Shown here piece by piece: positions 32,286 through 64,000 of a DNA stretch of 64,000 nt. Location of the stretch: the NCBI RefSeq assembly GCF_009914755.1, contig NC_060935.1; one strand, 5' to 3'. Within the stretch, counting starts at the first letter, position 1; each line of letters begins with the position of its first letter. The stretch comes from the human T2T-CHM13v2.0 reference genome, Homo sapiens. A program made the translations under genes and the position numbers. The notes beneath the pieces were generated by a model. That model was not told the DNA's origin and did no database searches. It was given only the letters and a program-made list of their open reading frames with translations.

Positions 32286-32619
<334 letters not shown>

Positions 32620-32861
32620 TGAGTAATACTCCCTTGTGTGGATATACCATGAAATTATTTTTAAAAATATTGGCTGAGGGCTGGGCGCGGTGGCTCATGC
32701 CTGTAATCCCAGCACTTTGGGAGGCCGAGGAGGGTGGATCACCTGAGGTTAGGAGTTCGAGACCAGCCTAGTCAATATGGAGAAACCTCCTCGTCTCTAC
32801 CAAAAATACAAAAATGTTACAAACCTCACATTCGACACATGTATCCCAGGACTTAAAGTTA

Positions 32862-33014
<153 letters not shown>

Positions 33015-33910
33015 TCAAAAAAAAAAAAAAAAAAAAAAATTAAGGCCAGTCTCAGTGGCTCACGCCTGTAACCCCAGCACTTTGGGAGGCCAAAATGGAC
33101 AGAACACTTGAAGTCAGGGGTTTGAGACCAGCCTGGCCAATGTGGTAAAACCTTGTTTCTACTAAAAATACAAAAAAATTAGCTGGGCGTAGTGGCACAC
33201 ATCTGTAATCCCAGCTATTCGGGAGGCTGAGACATGAGAATCACTTGAACCCAGGAGGTAGAGATCACGTCACTGCACTCCAGCCTGGGTACCAGAGTGA
33301 GACTCTGTTTAAAAAAAAATAAAAATTAAGAGTGGCTGGGCATGGTGGCTCACGCCGGTAATCCAAGTACTTTGGAAGGCTGCAGAGGGTGGATCTCTTG
33401 AGGCCAAGAGTTTGAGACCAACATGGCCAACACAGCAAGACCAAAAATATACAAAAATTAGCCAGGCGTGGTGGCTGGCTCCTGTAATCCCAGCTATTTG
33501 GGAGGCTGAGGCATTGCTTGAACCCAGGAGGTGGAGGCTACATTAGGCCGAGATCGCACCACTGCACTCCAGCCTGGACAACAGAGCAAGACTCTGTCTC
33601 AAAAAACAACAACAACAAAAAAGAGATTGTGTCTTGCTTTGTTATCCAGGCTGGTCTTGAACTCCTGGACTCAAGGGATCCTCCCACCTCAGCCTCCCAA
33701 AGTGGGATTACAGGTGTGACCCACTGCACCCAGCACTGGTGTTTTTTGTTTTGTTTTGGGACATGGTCTCACTTTGTCGCTGTTGCTCAGGCCGCAGTTC
33801 AGTGGCAGGATCTCAGCTTACTGCAGCCTCTGCCTCCTGAGCTCAAGCCAGCCTCCCACCTGAGCCTCCCAAGTAGCTGGAACCATACAGGTGCATACCA
33901 CCATGCCTAG

Positions 33911-34030
<120 letters not shown>

Positions 34031-34073
34031 TGATTAGCTAGGATTACAGGCATGCACCACCATGCTAGGCTAA

Positions 34074-34746
<673 letters not shown>

Positions 34747-34756
34747 TGAGTTGTAA

Positions 34757-35218
<462 letters not shown>

Positions 35219-35234
35219 TAGAAGTTTTAAATCT

Positions 35235-36224
<990 letters not shown>

Positions 36225-36317
36225 AAGGTTTTAAATCTTGAACAAACTACTGATACACCCGTAATACATAAGAATTTCAAAAGATGTTGAGATTAAAGAA
36301 ACCAGTTTTTAAAAACT

Positions 36318-36792
<475 letters not shown>

Positions 36793-37027
36793 TTACAGGT
36801 GTGAGCCACTGCACATGGCCAAGAGCATTTTTTTTTTTTTATAGAGACAAGGTCTTGCTATGTTGCCCAGGCTGGCCTCAAACTCCTGGGCTCAAGCAAT
36901 CCTCCTTCCTCAGCTTCCCAAAGTGCTGGGATTACAGGCATGAGCCACCGTGCCTGGTCTCTGAGAGCATTTCTTGTGAAGTGCACTGGAAAAGCACAGA
37001 AGCAATGCTTTTTAACAAATTAATTAA

Positions 37028-37219
<192 letters not shown>

Positions 37220-37533
37220 TGAGATGAGGGTCCTACTCTATGGCCGAGGCTGGTCTTGAACTCCTGAGCTCAAGCGATCCTCCCACCTCAGCCTTCCAAA
37301 GTGCCAGGATTACAGGTGTGAGCCATCTTGCCAGGCTAGAAGCAATGCTTTCTGCCTGAATAATTCAGGGAAGGCTAGACAGAGCAGGGGACATTTGGAG
37401 TGAGATTCAAAGAATACGAATTTGCTGGATAGAAAAGACCAGGGCAGCCTTCCTCCAGAGAGAACAGCTTGAAAGTGAGAAATGTGGGGCACTGCAACCC
37501 AGAGTGGCTGGAAGGGAGGCTGAGAGAGGAGTT

Positions 37534-38846
37534 GGAGAAGGGGAGAGAGGAGAGGAGAGAGGAGGGGAGGGGAGGGGAGGAGGGGAGGGGACGGGAGGAG
37601 GGGAGGGGAGGGGAGAAGAGGAGGGGAGGGGAGGGGAGGGGAGGAGGGGAGGGGAGGGGAGGAGGGGAGGGGAGGGGAGGGGAGGAGAGGGAGGAGGGGA
37701 GGGGAGAGGAGGGGGGAGGGGAGAGGAGGGGAGGGGAGGGGAGGAGGGGAGGGGAGGGGAGGAGGGGAGGGGAGGGGAGGAGGGGAGGGGAGGGGAGGAG
37801 GGGAGGGGAGGGGAGGAGGGGGAGGGGAGGAGGGGGAGGAGGGGAGGGGAGAGGAGGGGGGGAGGGGAGGAGGGGAGGGGAGGGGAGGGGAGGGGAGGAG
37901 GGGGAGGAGGGGAGGGGGGAGGGGAGGAGGGGAGGGGGGAGGGGAGGAGGGGAGGGGGGAGGGGAGGAGGGGAGGGGGGAGGGGAGGAGGGGAGGGGGGA
38001 GGGGAGGGGAGGAGGGGGAGGAGGGGAGGAGGGGAGGGGAGGGGAGGGGAGGGGAGGGGAGGAGGGGAGGGGAGGAGGGGGAGGAAGGGAGGGGAGGGGA
38101 GGAGGGGAGGGGAGGGGAGGAGGGGGAGGAGGGGAGGGGAGGGGAGGGGAGGAGGGGGAGGAGGGGAGGGGAGGAGGGGGAGGAGAGGAGGGGAGGAGGG
38201 GAGGGGAGGAGGGGAGGAGGGGAGGGGAGGAGGGGAGGGGAGGGGAGGGGAGGAGGGGAGGGGAGGAGGGGAGGGGAGGGGAGGGGGGAGGGGAGGGGAG
38301 GGGGGAGGGGAGGGGAGGGGGGAGGGGAGGGGAGGGGGAGGGGAGGGGAGGAGGGGAGGAGAGGAGGGGAGGTGAGGAGGGGAGGAGGGGAGGGGAGGAG
38401 GGGAGGGGAGGGGAGGGGAGGAGGAGCGACAGAGAGAGAGAGAGAGGCAGAGAGAGGAGAGAGAGAAAGGAGACAGAGAAACAGAGAGAGGAAAGACAGA
38501 GAGGAGAGAGAGTAGAGAGAGACAGAGAGGAGAGAGACATAGGAGAGAGATAAAAGAGAGAGAGAGGAGAAAGAGAGACAGAGAGGAGAGAGACCAAGGA
38601 GAGAGACAGGAGAGAGACAGAGAGAGAGCAGAGAGAAAGGAGAGAGAGAGATGGAGAGAGAGAGGAGTGAGAGTAGAGAGACAGAGGAGAGAGACAGAGA
38701 GAAAGGAGAGAGAGACAGAGAGTAGAGAGACAGAGGAGAGAGACAGAGAGAGAGGAGAGAGAGACAGAAAGGAGAGAGAGAGAGGAGACAGAAAGGAGAG
38801 AGAGAGACAGAGAGAGGAGAGAGACAGAAAGGAAAGAGAGAGAGAC

Positions 38847-38880
<34 letters not shown>

Positions 38881-38882
38881 AG
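37534..38882 (+). repeat. Polypurine simple repeat: (GGAGG/GGGGA)n then (GA/GACA)n
   Basis: 37534-38426 has only two pyrimidines by eye (37592, 38373), followed by ~450 bp of GA-rich repeat. Confidence 0.95.
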
Positions 38883-39166
38883 CTGGGGTAGGTTGGAGGG
38901 TAGTTAGGCCCTAGGACAGCAGATGAGTTAGGGGCTTGCCCCTGGGGAACAGATGGTGAGACTGATGATTCTGGCTGCAAGGTGGGGGATGATCACACTC
39001 AGTTCTAGCCACGTGCAGTTTGAGGAGGCTGGGCTGCGCGGGGGTCTGGGCCACGATGGGGGTGTAACTGATTTCTGAGTGGGAAATTCTGAGAGTCTTT
39101 GTTTGAAATATCTTTATTTTGCTCTCAGTTTTCATGACAGCTTAGCTGGGAATGGCATTTAGGTAG

Positions 39167-39388
<222 letters not shown>

Positions 39389-39834
39389 TAGTAGAGACGA
39401 GGTTTCGCCGTGTTGGCCAGGCTGGTCTCAAACTCCTGACCTCATGTGATCTGCCTGCCTCAGCCTCCCAAAGTGCTGGGATTACAGGTGTGAGCCACCT
39501 CACCCGGCCAGTTTTGTTTTGTTTTGAGACAGGATCTGGAATGGCTTGCTCTGTTGCCCAGGCTGGAATGCAGTACCGTAATCATAGCTCACTGCAGCCT
39601 GAACTACTGGACTCGAGCAATACACCTGCCTCGGCCTCCCAAGGAAATGGGACTTTAGGCATGCACCACCACAACTAGCTGATTTTTAATTTTTTTTTTT
39701 TTTTTTTTTTTTTTAGAGATAGGATCTCACTGTATTGCCCAGGCTGGTCCTGAACTCCTGGGCTCAAGCCATTCTCCTGCCTTGGCCCTCCAAAGTGCCA
39801 GGGTTATAGGCATAAGCCGCTGCACCTGGCCTGA

Positions 39835-42295
<2,461 letters not shown>

Positions 42296-42500
42296 TAGGA
42301 CATGGACATCTTTGAGGGGCTAGTATTCTGCCGACCACAATAGGCCAGAACCCTGAACAGTTTACTTTTTAGGCATCATATTTGCTAAAAACAAAACAAA
42401 CAAAAAAACCAAACCAAACAAAGAAGTAAAAATCAAAACAAACAAAAAACACAGAGCCATTTTTTGGAAAGACAATAATAGGAAGTCAAAATAATGTTAA

Positions 42501-42800
<300 letters not shown>

Positions 42801-43139
42801 TGAGCCACCAAGCCCGGCAGCTTGAAGTTATTCTTACATGCTTTGGCAGATGTTAAAACGTTTGTTTTTTTTAAAATTCTCAACATTTAGATCTAGGACA
42901 GAGCACAATTTAAATACTTTCTAAAATTAAATTTGGCTGTTACATAAGATTCAGCATTGTTTACAGCAGCTTTTCTGTTTCATGCGTTATAATATAAGAT
43001 AAAGTAGAAAGAACACCAAAGGTTTTCCTATGATAAGTCATCAACAAAATAAGTGTGGGCCATTAGCAAGTAGCTCTTGATATCTTACAGTGGGCTGAAC
43101 AACAAATACTTTCTCTTGAAGAATTTGGATCCCTGTTAG

Positions 43140-43581
<442 letters not shown>

Positions 43582-43628
43582 TGATCCGCCCGCCTCGGCC
43601 TCCCAAAGTGCTGGGATTACAGGCGTGA

Positions 43629-44961
<1,333 letters not shown>

Positions 44962-44965
44962 CATA

Positions 44966-45942
44966 TGTGGGGGAAAGGAAGCGAGATCAGACTGTTACTG
45001 TGTCTATGCAGAAAAAAAGAAGACATAAGAAACTCCGTTTTGATCTGTACTAAGAAAAATTCTTCTGCTTTGAGATGCTGTTAATCTGTAACTTTAGTTC
45101 CAACCCTGTGCTCACAGAAACATGCGCTGTATTGAATCAAGGTTTAAGGGATTTAGGGCTGTGCAGGATGTGCCTTGTTAACTATATGTTTGCAAGCAGT
45201 ATGCTTGGTAAAAGTCATCGCCATTCTCCATTCTCTATTAACCAGGGACATGATGCACTGTGCAAAGCCACAGGGACCTCTGCCCGAGAAAGCCTGGGTA
45301 TTGTCTCCCCGACTGAGACAGCCTGATATGGCCTTGTGGGAAGGGAAAGACCTTACCATCCCCCAGCCCGACACCCGTAAAGGGTCTGTGCTGAGAATTA
45401 GTAAAAGAGGAAGATCTCTTTGCGGTTGAGATAAGAGGAAGGCCTCTGTTTCCCGTATGTCCCTGGGAATGGAATGTCTTGGTGTAAAGCCCACCAGTCA
45501 TTCTATTCTGAGATAGGAGAAAACTGCCCTATGGCTGGAGGTGAGATATGCTAGCGGTGATACTGCTCTGTTACTCTTTGCTACACTGAGATGTTTGGGT
45601 AAAGAGAAACATAAATCCAGCCTACGTGCACATCCGGGCACAGTACCTTCCCTTGAACTTATTTATGATGCAGATTCCTTTACTCACATGTTTTCCTGCT
45701 GACCTTCTTCCCACCATCACCCTGTTCTGCCGCAGTCCCCTTGCAGAGATAGTGAAAATAGTAATCAGTAAATACTGAGGGAACTGAGAGACCAGCGCCG
45801 GTGCAGGTCCTCGTATACTGAGTGTGCCGGTCCCCTGGGCCCACTGTTCTTTCTCTATACTTTGTGTCTTATTTCTTTTCTCAGTCTCTTGTCTCCACCT
45901 GACGAGAAATACCCACAGGTGTGGAGGGGCAGGCCCCCTTCA
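44966..45942 (+). mobile_element. Solo LTR, LTR5A/B-like (HERV-K HML-2 group)
   Basis: TGTGGGGGAAAGG...AGATCAGACTGTTACTGTGTCTATG...GTGGAGGGGCAGGCCCCCTTCA; flanked by AACATA/AACATG inside a split Alu. Confidence 0.85.
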
Positions 45943-47024
45943 AACATGTTGGTCAGGCTGACCTGGAACTCCTGACCTCAGGTGATCCTCCAGCCTCGGC
46001 CTCCCAAAGTGCTGAGATTACAAGCGTGAACCACTGTGCCTGGCCCTCACCCCAGTTTATAGATGGGGGACCTAACGCACCCAAAGGGAACTGTGTGAGT
46101 TCTCACATCCAATGAGGGGCTGAACCGTGATTGAAACCCAGCACCGTCTCACTGTGGCATCTCTGCCCTTGAGTTATCTCCCAAAGGCATCCCAACCAGA
46201 CTTTTCATAACCAGTCCCAGAATCTCACCAGTGCTCCATAGCTGTGGTTGAGGCACTGTCCCCAAGCCTGGGTCCTGAGACCCTACCAGCAGAAGAACCA
46301 CTGCCTGTCCAGCCCCTCCTACACAGCTCAGGGGCTGGATCCCCACCAGTGTGATGTGCTGATTGAGCTAACACCACTCCATGGCTGTCTACACAGGCAC
46401 TGAGAGATGCAATCCGTTGGCTTGAGAGCCGGGCAGCTGAGCCCAGGAGAGCAGGGTCCCCTCCCAGCCCTTTGGCCTCTTCCAGACCTGCCCAGTTGCT
46501 CCTTCTCCCTCCCTCCTTTCCTGGGGTCACTTCTTCTTCCCTCCTCAGTCTCTCCTTCCTCCATTCCCTGGGTGCCCGCCCCTGCCCCGGGGTTCTGGAC
46601 CTCCTTGGAACCTTGGATTCACTCTCTGCCTCTCACCCACGCTCTTTCTCTGGGGCGTCTCCTCGTGCTTCTCTCATGGTCACTTCACCAGGACCGACTC
46701 CTCCCCGGAGCCTGGAGGCACCCACTTGCTGGTGGGAGAGAGTGTCTGGCGTGGGGCCAGTCTCCCTCTCTGGGTCTCTGCCTCACTCCTCACTGCACCC
46801 TCTCATGCCTGTCAGTCTTTCTACCTCTCCCCCTTTTTGCCTCGGTTTCCCCATCCCTCTGTCCCTTCTTAAGCTCTCATCCTTACAGTACGCTAGAAGG
46901 CAGGCTCTATTATCCTTTAGGATTTAGGCCTCTTTAGATAAAAGGGCTCACAGGCTTGGAGGGTTTTAAGTGACTTACCCGGCGGCGGAGTACTGATCTT
47001 AGTACCGCCCGCCGCCCCGGACTG

Positions 47025-47136
47025 CCCCGCCCCTCCCTAGCCCCCCCATCCCCGCCCCTCCCTAGCCCCCCCATCCCCGCCCCTCCCTAGCCCCCCCATC
47101 CCCGCCCCTCCCTAGCCCCCCCATCCCCGCCCCTCT
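47025..47136. repeat. 25-bp minisatellite (CCCCGCCCCTCCCTAGCCCCCCCAT) x4 + partial
   Basis: Perfect units at 47025, 47050, 47075 and 47100. Confidence 0.92.
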
Positions 47137-47355
47137 CCCGCCCCTCCCTTGTCCCCGCCCCTTCCCGCCCCAACTCAGGTTCTGCCCCACCCCGCCCCAA
47201 TTCACGTCCTGCTCCGCCCCGACGTAGGCCCCGCCCTGGCCCCCGGGCCCCGCCCCCGTCTGACGCAGGCCCCGCCCCCTCTCCGCCCCGCCCCGGCTCG
47301 GGCGGCCGGAGGACCCGGAGCTAAGGCGCCCGAACCCGCGGCGGCGGTGGGGACG

Positions 47356-60766
<13,411 letters not shown>

Positions 60767-60816
60767 ACCGTGGCGGTGGCCCTTCCCGGCTGCGGAGAGC
60801 CCGCCCCACAGATGTA

Positions 60817-60822
60817 TTTATT
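60817..60822 (-). terminator. Probable LTBP3 poly(A) signal inside the SCYL1 3' UTR
   Basis: TTTATT on + (AATAAA on -); the only canonical hexamer I found downstream of the LTBP3 stop; variant GATAAA at 61036-61041. Confidence 0.65.
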
Positions 60823-60886
60823 GTACAAACCATGTGAGCCCGGCCGGCCCAGCCAGGCCATCTCACGTGTACATAATCAGAGCCAC

Positions 60887-60892
60887 AATAAA
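60887..60892 (+). terminator. SCYL1 poly(A) signal
   Basis: AATAAA 120 nt after the stop, preceded by TGTA elements. Confidence 0.85.
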
Positions 60893-61279
60893 TTCTATTT
60901 CACACCCCTTGTGCCGGGCTCAGTCTAGCCCCTGGGAGGCGGCTGGGGTCTGGCGCCGCCCTGCGCAGCCCGCGCCCACGTCAGACGTGAACATCAATTT
61001 GCTTCGAAAGCCAAGGGTAAAGAGGCACGATCTGATTTATCAGTTTCTAGGAAACACCCTCTGGGAGGAAGGCAGGCAGCGCCCGCCGGAGACCTTACAA
61101 CCGCCCGCTAACCGGGGAGGGGGGCCGGTAGGGGCGCCTCGGGTCTCAAGGCGCCGGGAGGGTCTGCGGGCCCTGAAGGTCCCTGGGTCCGAGCCACAAG
61201 TCGGGGCAGAAGTGAGGCCGAGCTCGCGGAAATCCCTCAGTGATCACCGAGGTCTGGGCCGAGGGCGGCGTCGGCGGCG

Positions 61280-63998
<2,719 letters not shown>

Positions 63999-64000
63999 TG

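Noticed and set aside
37310-38980. Long ORFs (556, 396, 349, 348 aa) rich in P/S/L or G/E/R
   Set aside because: Translations of the purine simple repeat, which cannot contain stops; no domain content
47149-47355. In-frame upstream extension of SCYL1 in the ORF track
   Set aside because: TTG start within promoter GC boxes, probably upstream of the TSS; ATG 47356 gives the recognised N-terminus

Overview
Human (primate) genomic DNA, recognisable as the chr11q13.1 MALAT1-SCYL1-LTBP3 interval. 1-17.5 kb is Alu/LTR-rich intergenic DNA with several motif-dense, enhancer-like islands. About 19.0-27.8 kb (+) is the unspliced lncRNA MALAT1, with a TATA-containing main start near 20349. It ends in the U-rich/A-rich triple-helix (ENE) cassette (27328-27420), directly followed by the tRNA-like mascRNA (27421-27478). 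28-46 kb is extremely Alu-dense. It holds a SNRPG processed pseudogene, a ~1.35 kb purine tract, a locally inverted L1 fragment and a nested pair of back-to-back HERV-K solo LTRs (LTR13A-like inside the 5' end of an LTR5-like element, itself inside an Alu). 47.4-60.9 kb (+) is the complete 18-exon SCYL1 gene (808 aa pseudokinase, ends RKLD). 60.8-64 kb (-) holds the last 10 exons of LTBP3, whose 3' end converges on and probably overlaps that of SCYL1. The most striking system, the MALAT1 triple helix plus mascRNA, is already described. Less obvious observations are the nested LTR pair, a bidirectional poly(A) cassette, repeated decoy 3' splice-site modules in MALAT1, in-frame small ORFs at the MALAT1 5' end and twin CA-linker Alus flanking MALAT1. 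Repeat family names come from recalled consensus sequences, not from a RepeatMasker run.
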